Shown here one piece after another: positions 9,385 to 19,626 of a stretch of DNA of 64,000 nt. The translations under genes were made by a program, and so were the position numbers. The DNA is from a candidate division FCPU426 bacterium (lineage in GTDB: Bacteria > Oederibacteriota > Muellerivitia > Muellerivitales > Muellerivitaceae). Within the stretch, counting starts at the first letter, position 1. Each line of letters begins with the position of its first letter. The DNA is taken from positions 484,929 through 548,928 of the forward strand of contig CAVYSE010000011.1 in the NCBI GenBank assembly GCA_963771075.1, written 5' to 3'. The notes under the pieces were generated by a model. The model saw only the letters and a program-made list of their open reading frames with translations, was not told the origin of the DNA and searched no databases.

Positions 9385-11610
9385 ATTTACAAGCGATTAT
9401 GGTTTTTCCTTCTTTTGAGTTGCTTTTTGTCGGCCGATTTTCTTTCGGCTTCCCCCCGGGATTTGGCCTCCTGGGTGGACCCCTTTATCGGCACAAGCAA
9501 AGGTGGGAATACCTTTCCCGGAGCCCTCGTGCCGTGGGGGATGGTTTCGGTCAGCCCCCATAACGCCCTGCAAGCTCCCTCGGGCTACCTCCATGGTCAA
9601 CCCCTGGTTTTCGGTTTTGGCCATACCCATTTAAGTGGAATGAACTGCCCCGACCTGGGCAGCCTTTTGCTGATTCCGACCCTGGGCGAACTGAAGCCGG
9701 GAGCTTTGGCCAATGGGAGTGCTTATGAAGAGGAGCAGGCTTCCCCCGGCTATTACGCATTGAAACTCAAGGACTCGGGAATTTCGGCGGAAATGACCGC
9801 GACCACCCACTGCGGCTTCAGCCTCTATGCCTTTCCCGCACGAAGCGGGGACGCGAACATCCTGATCGACGCGTCCCACCGTTTGACCCAGGACGGGCCC
9901 GGGGAAGCGGACCGGTTCCAGGGCCGGGTGAAAATCGTTTCGCCTTCCGAAGCGGAAGGCTTTTGCGAAAGCGGGGATTTTTGCAGTCCCTCCGCCGGCA
10001 ACCAGCAAACCCTCTACTTCGTCATCCAGTTCAGCAAGCCCGCCCAATCCGCCGGAACCTGGAAAGGGAAGATACGATCCCCTGACGACGAGGCCCAGGG
10101 CCAGGAGGTGGGAGCCTTTTTCCGTTTCAATACCGCCGAGATGGAACCGATCGGGGTCAAGGCCGGGGTTTCCTATGTGAGCGTGAAAAACGCCAGGGAG
10201 AACCTGAAAGCGGAACTTCCCGGGTGGGATTTTATGGGGGTACGATTATCCGCCCGGGCGGAATGGAACCGCCAACTTTCACGGGTTCAGGTCTCGGGTG
10301 GATCGGAAACCATGAAAAAAATATTTTACACAGCCCTCTACCATTGCTTGATCCACCCAAGTATTTTTTGCGACGTCAACGGCGAATATCCCTCCTTCAC
10401 GCGTCACGAGATACGTACGGTGAAGGGTGGAATCCGCTATTCGGTTTTCCCACTTTGGTACAGCTATCGATTGCTTCATCCTCTCCTGACTTTGTTTTAT
10501 CCCGAGCGGGAACAGGATATGGTGAAGAGCCTGACGGAAATGGCTCAAGAAAGTGATTGGCTTCCCCGTTGGGAGCTGGCGGGCAATGAAACAGGGGTTA
10601 TGGTGGGGAGCCCGGCCGTGCCTTTTTTGACCGACGCTTACTTGAAGGGAATCCGGGGATTCGATCCGGAAGAAGCTTTTTCCGCGATGGTAAAAAGCCT
10701 CAAACCGGAAGGGAACAAACTTTACGGAGGTTTGAATTCCCTTTTGCGTTTCGGGTTTATTCCCAAGGACGATGCCAGCGGGGATTGGGTTTGGGGATCC
10801 GTTTCCATGACCCTGGAATATTCCTACGATTATTGGTGTTTGGCCCAGATGGCCCGCGCCCTGGGGCATACCCAAGCGCATGACGAATATATCCACCTTT
10901 CGGGGCTTTACCGGAATCTCTACGACCCTGATACGGGTTTTTTGAGACCCAAGATGGGGGACGGCGGTTATCTCTCCCCCTTTGACGCGGCGGCAACCTG
11001 TTGCGACCACAATTGGGAAGGGAGCGGGGGCCCGGGATATGTGGAAGGCAGCGCGTGGCAGTATCTTTTTCACGTTCCCCAGGATTTGGACGGCCTCAAA
11101 CTTCTGATGGGTGGCGACGAGGCCTTTTCAAGCAAGCTTCAGGAAATGTTTGTAAAGGGTTATTACGACCCGGGAAAAGCGGCAGATTGGACCTATCCAT
11201 ACCTCTTTGACGCATTGCCGGGAGAGGCCTGGCGGACCCAAGGGTTGGTCCGGTCCCTCATGGATAAGCATTTCACCGGTGGTCCTGAAGGGTTGCCCGG
11301 CAATGACGAGGGCGGCAGTTTATCGGCCTGGTTGGTTTTTTCTTCCCTGGGTTTTTTCCCCTATTGCCCGGGAAGCGGAACCTACTTATTGGGGAGCCCG
11401 GTATTTCGGGAAGCGAAAATCCTGCTCAATAAAACCTATTATTCCGGGGGAAATCTTCTGATAAAAACCGTCAACAATTCCGACAAGAACGTTTATGTCC
11501 AATCCCAGTTGGTGGACGGCGTTTCCAACCACGAGCATTTCATCAAACACAGCGATCTGGTTTACGGGAAATCCATCGTTTTTACCCTGGGACTCCATCC
11601 CGCGCCTTAA
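9385..11610 (+). CDS. Glycoside hydrolase family 92 (alpha-mannosidase-like), secreted; possible ATT start
   Basis: VDPFIGT, TFPGALVPWGM, GFGHTHLSG, ASPGYY, FYTALYH, TLEYSYD, EGSAWQY motifs; frame extends upstream of TTG 9415 to ATT 9385. Confidence 0.85.
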   Translation: MYKRLWFFLLLSCFLSADFLSASPRDLASWVDPFIGTSKGGNTFPGALVPWGMVSVSPHNALQAPSGYLHGQPLVFGFGHTHLSGMNCPDLGSLLLIPTLGELKPGALANGSAYEEEQASPGYYALKLKDSGISAEMTATTHCGFSLYAFPARSGDANILIDASHRLTQDGPGEADRFQGRVKIVSPSEAEGFCESGDFCSPSAGNQQTLYFVIQFSKPAQSAGTWKGKIRSPDDEAQGQEVGAFFRFNTAEMEPIGVKAGVSYVSVKNARENLKAELPGWDFMGVRLSARAEWNRQLSRVQVSGGSETMKKIFYTALYHCLIHPSIFCDVNGEYPSFTRHEIRTVKGGIRYSVFPLWYSYRLLHPLLTLFYPEREQDMVKSLTEMAQESDWLPRWELAGNETGVMVGSPAVPFLTDAYLKGIRGFDPEEAFSAMVKSLKPEGNKLYGGLNSLLRFGFIPKDDASGDWVWGSVSMTLEYSYDYWCLAQMARALGHTQAHDEYIHLSGLYRNLYDPDTGFLRPKMGDGGYLSPFDAAATCCDHNWEGSGGPGYVEGSAWQYLFHVPQDLDGLKLLMGGDEAFSSKLQEMFVKGYYDPGKAADWTYPYLFDALPGEAWRTQGLVRSLMDKHFTGGPEGLPGNDEGGSLSAWLVFSSLGFFPYCPGSGTYLLGSPVFREAKILLNKTYYSGGNLLIKTVNNSDKNVYVQSQLVDGVSNHEHFIKHSDLVYGKSIVFTLGLHPAP

Positions 11611-11632
11611 AACCCTAAACACAAACAAAAGA

Positions 11633-11735
11633 CAACACAATGACACGAAAACTCTAAGTGCGAAAAAAGATTGGTAATTCGAATTAAGCCTCAATAAGGT
11701 CGGTTCTTCCTTGTGACTTTGTGTCTTCGTGTGGG
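11633..11735. repeat. Intergenic inverted-repeat element of the same family
   Basis: CAACACAATGACACGAAAACTCTAAG facing CTTGTGACTTTGTGTCTTCGTGTGGG. Confidence 0.65.
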
Positions 11736-11789
11736 AGGTAGGTTTAAGTTTGATGACCATAAACAAACCTTGTGGTTTTCGCGCGACAG

Positions 11790-11978
11790 TGCTATAAATT
11801 GACGGCTTTTGGGGGGCCTTAAAACCCCACCAAATCAGGCGAATGGAAGCCCTGTTTCCTGCCTATTTCTCACGCTTTTCTTACCGCTTTCAAGTGTTCC
11901 CCCTGGGAATGGAGAAAGCCTCTCTAGTAGAAAAATAGAGGGATGATAAAGCGGCGGAACAACTAAAGGAGTCGCACC
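11790..11978 (+). promoter_or_regulatory. rpsB promoter (extended -10 TGCTATAAAT) and structured 5' leader, candidate S2 autoregulatory operator
   Basis: TGnTATAAA at 11791; CCGCTTT...AAAGCGG stem closing just before GGAACAAC-AAGGAG; position typical of rpsB leaders. Confidence 0.55.
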
Positions 11979-12944
11979 ATGATGTCCGTTTCGATGAAGC
12001 AGCTATTGGAAGCCGGTGTCCATTTCGGCCACCAGACCCGCCGTTGGAATCCCAAGATGGCCGCCTTTATTTTCGGCGAGCGGAATGGGATCCACATTAT
12101 CGACCTCCAGAAAACCGTCAAGAAGCTCAAGGAAGCCTACCAATTCACCAAGGACCTGGCCGCCGCCGGAGAATCCATCGTTTTCGTGGGCACGAAGAAG
12201 CAGGCCCAGGACGCCATCAAGGAAGAAGCGGAACGTTGCGGGATGCCCTATGTCAACTACCGGTGGCTGGGCGGGATGCTCACTAATTTCACTACCATCA
12301 AGAAATCCATCGGATACCTGAAAGAACTGGAAAGCATCTCGGAGACCGAGATGGCGGACCGTTCTAAGAAGGAACAAGCCGGGTTAAACAAGGACAAGAT
12401 GAAGCTGGAGCGCTCCCTGGGCGGCATCAAGAACGTCAACAAACTGCCCGGCGCCATCTTCGTGATCGACACCAAAAAAGAGCACATCGCCGTGCAGGAA
12501 GCCCGTAAGCTCGGGATTCCCGTGATCGCGGTGGTGGATACGAACTGCGACCCGAGCGAGGTGGACGTAGTCATCCCGGGCAACGATGACGCCATCCGCG
12601 CGGTGAAATTGATGACCTCCGTGATGGCCAGCGCCATTTTGGAAGGCCGGGCGAAGGAACTGGAAGGCCGGGAAGTCACGGCCGACGGCTCCGTGGCCGG
12701 CGGCGAAGTGGGAGAGGAAATGCTGGCGGCGGCGGAAGCTACCGAGGTTGCGGCGGAAACAGCCGAGATAACGGGCGAGGAGTTGGCCGAGGAAAAACCG
12801 GCGCCCGATGCGGCTGAACTCCTGGTGGGCAGTGTGGAGCATTTGGCCGGTGACGCGGTGACCGTCTCCACCCTGGCCGACGAATTGGCCAATGAAAAGG
12901 TCGAGAGGATCCGCACCAAGCGCGTGCGGGACGACAAACCCTGA
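11979..12944 (+). CDS. rpsB: 30S ribosomal protein S2 with acidic C-terminal extension
   Basis: [39 protein letters not shown]. Confidence 0.99.
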   Translation: MMSVSMKQLLEAGVHFGHQTRRWNPKMAAFIFGERNGIHIIDLQKTVKKLKEAYQFTKDLAAAGESIVFVGTKKQAQDAIKEEAERCGMPYVNYRWLGGMLTNFTTIKKSIGYLKELESISETEMADRSKKEQAGLNKDKMKLERSLGGIKNVNKLPGAIFVIDTKKEHIAVQEARKLGIPVIAVVDTNCDPSEVDVVIPGNDDAIRAVKLMTSVMASAILEGRAKELEGREVTADGSVAGGEVGEEMLAAAEATEVAAETAEITGEELAEEKPAPDAAELLVGSVEHLAGDAVTVSTLADELANEKVERIRTKRVRDDKP

Positions 12945-13059
12945 ACGGCAGTTGACAGTTCGCGGCTGATAGTCGGCTGCGAAAAAGTATAACCCAAACC
13001 AACCGCCGGCAAGAAATGAATCAACCAAGCCTTTGGGGATGAAAGCAGAGGGAAATTAA

Positions 13060-13650
13060 ATGGAGATCAGCGCAACCGTAGTGAAGGACCTCCGGGAAAA
13101 AACTGGAGCCGGGATGATGGACTGCAAAAAGGCCCTGACCGAGACCCAGGGAGATTTTGAGAAGGCCGTGGTTTGGCTCCGGGAAAAGGGAATGTCCCAA
13201 GTCGCCAAGCGCGCCGGCCGGAGCGCCAACCAGGGAGCCATCGCCAGTTATGTGCACGGAGGCAAGGTAGGGGTCCTGGTTGAGGTGAATTGCGAGACCG
13301 ACTTCGTGGCTAAGACCGAGGATTTCCAGGCACTGGGTAAAGAACTGGCCATGCAGGTGGCCGCCTCCTCCCCCAAGTATGTGGTGAAAGAAGAGGTTCC
13401 TGCCGCCGAACTGGAGCAGGAAAAAACGATCTACCTGGCGGAAGCCAAGCAGTCCGGCAAGCCCGAGGCCGTGCAGCAGAAGATCGCGGAGGGAAAGATC
13501 GAGAGCTATTACAAGCTCGTGTGCTTGATGGAACAGCCCTATATCCGCGAACCGAAAAAAAGCGTGAAACAATATGTCACGGAAGTAGCCGCCAAACTGG
13601 GCGAGAACGTGGTGGTCAAACGCTTCTCCCGCCTGCAATTGGGCGAATAA
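13060..13650 (+). CDS. tsf: Elongation factor Ts (short form)
   Basis: [26 protein letters not shown]. Confidence 0.99.
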   Translation: MEISATVVKDLREKTGAGMMDCKKALTETQGDFEKAVVWLREKGMSQVAKRAGRSANQGAIASYVHGGKVGVLVEVNCETDFVAKTEDFQALGKELAMQVAASSPKYVVKEEVPAAELEQEKTIYLAEAKQSGKPEAVQQKIAEGKIESYYKLVCLMEQPYIREPKKSVKQYVTEVAAKLGENVVVKRFSRLQLGE

Positions 13651-13675
13651 AGCTTCCTTAAGGAGGAAGGGGTCC

Positions 13676-14422
13676 ATGGCTTCCAGAAACTCCCGGCCGA
13701 AAAAAGCGAAACCCGCCTATCGCAGGGTGTTGCTGAAGGTTTCGGGGGAGGCCCTGGCGGGGACCAACCGGGAGCACCGGATCGATGAAAAGATCGTAGG
13801 CTCCATCGCACGCGAGATCTGCGAGGTCTGGAAGAACGGCGTCGAGATGGCCCTGGTCATCGGCGGCGGGAACATCTACCGCGGCGCGGACGGCGAACGC
13901 ATGGGCATGGACCGGGTCTCGAGCGATTACATGGGCATGCTGGGAACCCTCATCAACGCCCTGGCCCTCCAGAACTCCCTGGAGAAACTGGGGGCGAACA
14001 CCCGGGTTCAAAGCGCCATCGAGATGTCCAAGGTGGCGGAGCCCTATATCCGCCGCCGAGCCCTGCGCCACCTTGAAAAGGGGCGGATCGTAATCTTCGC
14101 GGCCGGGACCGGCAACCCCTATTTCACCACCGACACCGCCGCGGCCCTGCGGGCCATCGAGATCGGCGCGGACTGCATCCTGAAAGCCACCAACGTGGAC
14201 GGCATTTACAACGCGGACCCGAAAAAGGACCCCCAAGCGGTCCGGTTCAAGAGCCTGACCTATATCGAGGCCATCAACCGCCGGTTGAAGGTAATGGATA
14301 CGACCGCTTTGAGCCTTTGCATGGATAACAAACTTCCCATCGTGGTGTTTGACATGCACCGGCCGGGCAACATTAAAAGGGTTATCTACGGGGAACCCAT
14401 TGGGACGACGGTCAAGCATTAG
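13676..14422 (+). CDS. pyrH: UMP kinase
   Basis: [34 protein letters not shown]. Confidence 0.99.
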   Translation: MASRNSRPKKAKPAYRRVLLKVSGEALAGTNREHRIDEKIVGSIAREICEVWKNGVEMALVIGGGNIYRGADGERMGMDRVSSDYMGMLGTLINALALQNSLEKLGANTRVQSAIEMSKVAEPYIRRRALRHLEKGRIVIFAAGTGNPYFTTDTAAALRAIEIGADCILKATNVDGIYNADPKKDPQAVRFKSLTYIEAINRRLKVMDTTALSLCMDNKLPIVVFDMHRPGNIKRVIYGEPIGTTVKH

Positions 14423-14497
14423 GTCCTTTCTCGTCGATCGATGGTTTCAACCGGTTGTTTTTAGCAAATTGATTGTCGCCTGGGAAGGAGTGAACCC

Positions 14498-15058
14498 TTG
14501 GACGCGAACCAAATCCTCAACGAAACCGATTCGAAGATGAAAAAAGCCATTGAGTCCACTAAAAGGGAATTTTCCTCAGTGCGAACCGGCCGTGCTTCCA
14601 CCAGCCTGGTCGAGAATATCAAGGTGGAGTACTACGGCAGTTATGTTCCGCTCAACCAAGTGGCGGGGATCTCGATTCCCGACTCCCGTACCATCGAGAT
14701 GAAGCCATGGGATATCCAGGCGTTGCCCGAGATCGAGAAAGCCATCCAGAAAAGCGATTTGGGACTCAACCCCAACAACGACGGCAAGGTGATCCGGATC
14801 AACATTCCCCCCCTGACCGAGGAGCGCCGGAAGGAATTCGTCAAGGTGGTTCACAAGCACGCCGAGGACGGCCGGGTGGCGATCCGTTCCATCCGCCAGG
14901 AGGCCAACAAACACCTGGACCAGCTTAAAAAAGACAAGACCCACTCGGATGACGAGATCAAGAAGTTCCAGGATCGGGTTCAAAAAATGACGGACGCCCA
15001 TACGCAGGAAATCAACACGCTGAGAGAGCACAAGGAAAAAGAGATCCTCGAGTTTTAA
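14498..15058 (+). CDS. frr: Ribosome recycling factor
   Basis: RTGRAS, DLGLNP, IPPLTEERRKE; TTG start after AAGGAG. Confidence 0.98.
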   Translation: MDANQILNETDSKMKKAIESTKREFSSVRTGRASTSLVENIKVEYYGSYVPLNQVAGISIPDSRTIEMKPWDIQALPEIEKAIQKSDLGLNPNNDGKVIRINIPPLTEERRKEFVKVVHKHAEDGRVAIRSIRQEANKHLDQLKKDKTHSDDEIKKFQDRVQKMTDAHTQEINTLREHKEKEILEF

Positions 15059-15076
15059 ACCAGCCCTGGAGGGCTG

Positions 15077-15889
15077 GTGGTAATTTCCGCAAACCCATCG
15101 GAGCCAACCGACCCTTTTATGACCGTCGCCCTTCTCAAACGCTACCGCCTGAAGCCCCACTTGCCCCGTCATGTGGCCATCATCATGGATGGAAACGGCC
15201 GTTGGGCCAAGAAACGCCACCTACCCCGCATCGCGGGTCACCGGGCCGGGGCCCTCTCCATCCGGGAAATTGTACGCCTATCCGGTGAGCTGGGGATCGA
15301 GGTTTTGACCCTTTACGCTTTTTCCACCGAGAATTGGAAGCGCCCTCCCCGCGAGGTGGGGCTTCTGATGCAGTTATTGAAACAATACCTGCGGAACGAA
15401 GTGGCCGAATTGAAAGCCAACAACGTCCGGTTGACGACCATCGGGAACCGCGAAGACTTGCCCCGAGAGATCCAAACCGAGTTGGACCGGGCCATGGAAG
15501 CTACCTCCCGGGGAACCGGGTTGAACCTGGTCCTGGCCCTTTCCTACAGCGGACGAGCCGACTTGACGAAAGCGGTAAAAAACATCTGCTTCCAAGTGAA
15601 AAAAGGAAAGCTTTCCCCCGGCGGCCTCAAGGAATTCCACATCACCCAGGCCCTTTCGACGGCTCCTCTTCCCGAGGTGGACCTCCTGATCCGCACGAGC
15701 GGCGAGATGCGGATCTCGAATTTCCTTTTGTGGGAAATCGCCTATTCGGAGTTGCATATCACGAAGACCCTCTGGCCTGATTTTCGCAAACGGCATTTTT
15801 TGGCGGCCTTGAGGGATTTTCAGGGCCGGAAACGCCGTTTTGGCGGGGTCCAAAGCGTCATTGGAAGCGTGACTTCATGGGCTCGTTGA
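15077..15889 (+). CDS. uppS: Undecaprenyl diphosphate synthase (start could be 15119)
   Basis: HVAIIMDGNGRWA, YAFSTENWKRP, DLLIRTSGEMRISNFLLW. Confidence 0.97.
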   Translation: MVISANPSEPTDPFMTVALLKRYRLKPHLPRHVAIIMDGNGRWAKKRHLPRIAGHRAGALSIREIVRLSGELGIEVLTLYAFSTENWKRPPREVGLLMQLLKQYLRNEVAELKANNVRLTTIGNREDLPREIQTELDRAMEATSRGTGLNLVLALSYSGRADLTKAVKNICFQVKKGKLSPGGLKEFHITQALSTAPLPEVDLLIRTSGEMRISNFLLWEIAYSELHITKTLWPDFRKRHFLAALRDFQGRKRRFGGVQSVIGSVTSWAR

Positions 15890-16707
15890 CCAAGCGCGTG
15901 CTGGTCGCTTTGGTCTCCATTCCTCTTTTGCTATTCCTGACCTTTTGGGGCCAAACCCTCCCCTTCCGTCTACTCGTGTTGGGGGTAATCCTGCTGGGCC
16001 TCTGGGAATTTCTGACCCTTTGCGAACGTCACGGCTTGGCCCCGCTCAAGGCCGAGGGAATGATAGCCCTGTCAGTGATGCTCTCGCCCTGGGTGATGAG
16101 GCCCTGGGTTTCCTGGGATGGTCGGGGAGCTTTCCTGGTCGCCTTGATGATCCTGTGTTTCTCATTCATGGGATCGAAACGCCCGATGGCGGAGATGGTG
16201 GTCTCGGTGAGCGTCACCTTTTTCGGGGCGGCCTATTTCGGCGTATTGACCGGATATGTTTTCCGCTTGAGGGAACTGAACGAAGGCGCTTCGCAATTGT
16301 TGATCCTGTTCGTGGCTACTTGGGCCTACGACACGGGCGGTTTTTTCGCGGGATCCCTGATGGGAAAACATCCGCTGGCGCCCCTCTCTTCGCCCAAGAA
16401 AAGCTGGGAGGGCGCGGTCGGCGGCACGCTTCTGTCGGCTTTGGGGTTGGGCCTGCTCCGGCAGTGCCTCCCTTATTACGCAAACCATTACTCCTGGACC
16501 GACGTATCGGTCTTGGCCCTGCTCCTGTCCTTCTTCGGACAGTTGGGGGATCTGGTGGAATCGATGATCAAGCGTAGCCTTACCGCCAAGGATTCGGGGT
16601 CCTTTTTCCCCGGCCACGGGGGAGTGTTCGACCGGGTGGACAGCCTGCTGTTCAACGCGCCCGTTTTATTTTATTACCTATTGAACGTGAAGCACATCAT
16701 CGAATAA
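15877..16707 (+). CDS. cdsA: Phosphatidate cytidylyltransferase
   Basis: SPKKSWEG, GDLVESMIKR, KDSG, PGHGGVFDRVDS. Confidence 0.97.
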   Translation: MGSLTKRVLVALVSIPLLLFLTFWGQTLPFRLLVLGVILLGLWEFLTLCERHGLAPLKAEGMIALSVMLSPWVMRPWVSWDGRGAFLVALMILCFSFMGSKRPMAEMVVSVSVTFFGAAYFGVLTGYVFRLRELNEGASQLLILFVATWAYDTGGFFAGSLMGKHPLAPLSSPKKSWEGAVGGTLLSALGLGLLRQCLPYYANHYSWTDVSVLALLLSFFGQLGDLVESMIKRSLTAKDSGSFFPGHGGVFDRVDSLLFNAPVLFYYLLNVKHIIE

Positions 16708-16753
16708 TGCGCGGGTTTTTCCCGGAAGGCCCGCCAAAAAGAAGGAAAAACAA

Positions 16754-17956
16754 ATGCCATTGGAAGATTTGATCAAAAAAACCTATTCCACTTTTGTCCA
16801 CCAGTACGGGGACGGGGGGAGAAAAGTCACGATGGTGGCGGCTCCCACCCGTATCGCGCTTTTGGGCGGTGAGTACACCGAGGCCGTGGACGGATATTCC
16901 CTCGTGGCCGCGGGTAACCGTTTCATGGTGGTGGCGGCCCAGCGCCGGACCGATAAAACGGCGGTTTTCCATTCGTTGAAATATGACGAGAAAATCAAGA
17001 CGAACCTCGCCACGATCAAATTCGATCGCGCGGACGGCTGGGCCAACTACCCCAAGGGCGTGGTTTATCTCTATGAGCGGACCGGCCGCAAGGTGGATGG
17101 CATCCAAATGGTGCTCCATTCGGACATGGCCGAGGATGCGAACCAGGGTATTTCCTCCGCCATCGAGGTGGCGACGGGGGTGGCTTGCAATGCCCTGGGG
17201 AATAACCCGCTCGATGACGCCACCCTGGTCAAGCTGTGTCAGCGGGTGGAAACCCAGTTCATGGGCCTACGCGGGGATTATTCCACACCCTACGCGATCA
17301 AGTTCGCGAAGAAGGACCAGGTGGTCCTATTTGATTCGCGCACCTTCAAGCCCGAATACGCCCCCTTTGACGGCTTCCGCTTCAAACTGGTGGTCATCGA
17401 CAGCGGGGTGCGTAAAAAGGAGAGGGATGAGGAATTCAAAAAGCGCATCGACCTGTTCAACCAACTCCTGTTGGAAATCCGAAAGCACGTGCCCAAGATC
17501 ATCTCCCTGAGGGACGTTCCGGCCGACTTATATGAAGATGCCCGCAAAAAGATCGATATCCTCCTTCGTAAAAGACTGGACCATGTGATCTACGAGAACC
17601 AGAGGGTTCGAAAGGGGAAGGACCTTTTGGCCAAGGGGGATTATGCCGGTTTTGGCCAACTCATGAGCGAATCCCACGATTCCCTGGCGGAAAAGATGAA
17701 AGCGACCTGCCAGGAGGTGGATATACTCACTGCCGTGATTAGGAGCCAGGCAGGCTGCTTGGGCTCCCGGATGGCTGGAATAGGTTGGGGGGGCACGGTG
17801 GTTTGTCTCGTTAGGGCGGCGGAAGCGGAAACCTTCGTGGAACGTGTGAAAGCCGAGTATAAAAAACAAGTCAATATTTACCCGCAAGCCTTCATCGAAG
17901 AACCCCAAGAGGGAGCACGGGAGGTAGCGTCCCCCACCGCCCCCGCAACCCCTTGA
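16754..17956 (+). CDS. Galactokinase-family (GHMP) protein with degenerate catalytic motifs
   Basis: AAPTRI, WANYPKGV, HVIYENQRV, FGQLMSESHDSL, SRMAGIGWGG; motif II and catalytic Asp altered. Confidence 0.8.
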   Translation: MPLEDLIKKTYSTFVHQYGDGGRKVTMVAAPTRIALLGGEYTEAVDGYSLVAAGNRFMVVAAQRRTDKTAVFHSLKYDEKIKTNLATIKFDRADGWANYPKGVVYLYERTGRKVDGIQMVLHSDMAEDANQGISSAIEVATGVACNALGNNPLDDATLVKLCQRVETQFMGLRGDYSTPYAIKFAKKDQVVLFDSRTFKPEYAPFDGFRFKLVVIDSGVRKKERDEEFKKRIDLFNQLLLEIRKHVPKIISLRDVPADLYEDARKKIDILLRKRLDHVIYENQRVRKGKDLLAKGDYAGFGQLMSESHDSLAEKMKATCQEVDILTAVIRSQAGCLGSRMAGIGWGGTVVCLVRAAEAETFVERVKAEYKKQVNIYPQAFIEEPQEGAREVASPTAPATP

Positions 17957-18107
17957 AGGGAAAAACGGGGCCATGAAAGCCCTTTGTCCTGTATTTGCCC
18001 GTCGGAAATCATTTTTCTAGACGGGTTTTCAAATCACTTTATAATGAAACCCGCTATTCTTTGTTAAACGTTTTTGACGATACCCTTGTTCATCTTTGGA
18101 GGCGGCA

Positions 18108-19559
18108 ATGCTCGGTTTAAGGAAAGGCTCCTGGCGGTATCTGGCTTTGGCGGTGATCTTGGGGACCCCCCTCAGCTTGAGAGCCCAGGCTTCTTCCGCG
18201 GGACAATATTTCGCCGCTGCGAATCAGCTTTATACTTCAAAGAATTACAACCAAGCGATCCAATATTACACGGCGGTGGTGAAATCCAACCCCAATTACG
18301 CCCCGGCTTTTCAGGGCATTGGAAATTGCTATTACGCCCTGGGGAATAAACCCTACGCCCTGGCCTATTACAAAAAAGCCTACCAACTCAGCCCTAGCGC
18401 CCAATTGGGCCAGTTTATTCAAACGCTTCAAGGCCAAACCGCGGGCGCCGGAATGGGGTTACAGGCCGCGGCCCAGCCCCAAACCAATTCTTATTTAGCG
18501 ACGGGAATGAAGTATTTCCAAGCGAAGCAATACGCGGCGGCCATCCCCTATTTTAAACAGGCCACCCGCCAGATCCCCAATGACTACCGTCCCTTCTACT
18601 ATTTGGGTTATTGCTATTACATGGCAAACCAGCAAAAATACGGGGCCCTTTACATCGGCGTCGCCGCCATGAAACAACCCAACGCCTCGATTTCGGCGAC
18701 CGAAACCCGTATCAAGGGCAACCTTTCGGATGATGACGCCCAATGGGTGGACGACCAATTGTCCAAATATGCCTCCACGACCGGCCTGAAATTGCCTCCG
18801 GTCAAAACCAAGCCGGTGTTCGGTTTCGACATGGGCCTGGGGATGGATTACCTGCTTTCAGACCCGACCCAAATCGAAGGGGATGTAACGGCCAAGGGAA
18901 CGGTCGCCCTGACAGGCGTGACGCCCAGCTTGCTGGCAATGCCCTCGTTTAATTTCTTTGTGCAACTGAGCCCGAGTTTCGAGATCGATTTGGGTGGGAC
19001 TTATCTTCCCATCGGATCCCTCACCTATACTTGGAAGGAGTATGATTCCACGGATCAATACACCTCGGTTTACGAAACGGATGGCAATTACTACAAGTTG
19101 AACTACACCACTTCCATCTTCACCGGAAGCCTCGGCATGAAAGTCCTCTTTGGGGACTCCACGATGAAGGGTTACTTCGGGGCGGGCGCGGACATTTCGC
19201 CAATCAGCATGACCTTCCAAAAAACCATCAATAATGAAACGACGGGTATCGTTGTGGGTGGGGAAGATCCCGCCAGTAGCGATGTCTCGGGGGATTACTC
19301 AACTGTGGCTTTTGGCGGGCACGCCGTTCTGGGAGCGGATTTTATCCTTGGCAAGGGCATTGGCTTAGGCCCCTACATCGGTTTCAAGTACTTGGACGCC
19401 ACCAACTTCAAAAACAAGGCCGGAAACCTGGTCGTCAACACCTTTAACGGGGACGTGGGGAACAGCGGCCAGGGCCTGTGGAGCACCTATCCCACCACGA
19501 ACCTGGATCTGGATTTCAGCGGCATTTACGGAGGCCTGAACGTCGCTTTCTCGTTCTAA
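18108..19559 (+). CDS. TPR-repeat protein fused to a C-terminal outer-membrane beta-barrel
   Basis: Signal peptide, two TPR clusters (YNQAIQYY, AAAIPYFKQA), amphipathic strands, terminal NVAFSF. Confidence 0.75.
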   Translation: MLGLRKGSWRYLALAVILGTPLSLRAQASSAGQYFAAANQLYTSKNYNQAIQYYTAVVKSNPNYAPAFQGIGNCYYALGNKPYALAYYKKAYQLSPSAQLGQFIQTLQGQTAGAGMGLQAAAQPQTNSYLATGMKYFQAKQYAAAIPYFKQATRQIPNDYRPFYYLGYCYYMANQQKYGALYIGVAAMKQPNASISATETRIKGNLSDDDAQWVDDQLSKYASTTGLKLPPVKTKPVFGFDMGLGMDYLLSDPTQIEGDVTAKGTVALTGVTPSLLAMPSFNFFVQLSPSFEIDLGGTYLPIGSLTYTWKEYDSTDQYTSVYETDGNYYKLNYTTSIFTGSLGMKVLFGDSTMKGYFGAGADISPISMTFQKTINNETTGIVVGGEDPASSDVSGDYSTVAFGGHAVLGADFILGKGIGLGPYIGFKYLDATNFKNKAGNLVVNTFNGDVGNSGQGLWSTYPTTNLDLDFSGIYGGLNVAFSF

Positions 19560-19585
19560 GCAACCGATCCCTTCTTGTATCCATC

Positions 19586-19614
19586 ACGGGGGCCACTGGC
19601 CCCCGTTTTTTTTT
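19586..19614 (+). terminator. Rho-independent terminator
   Basis: ACGGGGGCCA-C-TGGCCCCCGT inverted repeat followed by a T run. Confidence 0.7.
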
Positions 19615-19626
19615 GAGGATAAACCC

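Noticed and set aside
12660..12944. Acidic C-terminal tail of S2
   Set aside because: Low-complexity S2 extensions are common
13060..13650. Short EF-Ts as a truncation
   Set aside because: Short EF-Ts forms of about 200 aa are normal in several phyla and all motifs are present
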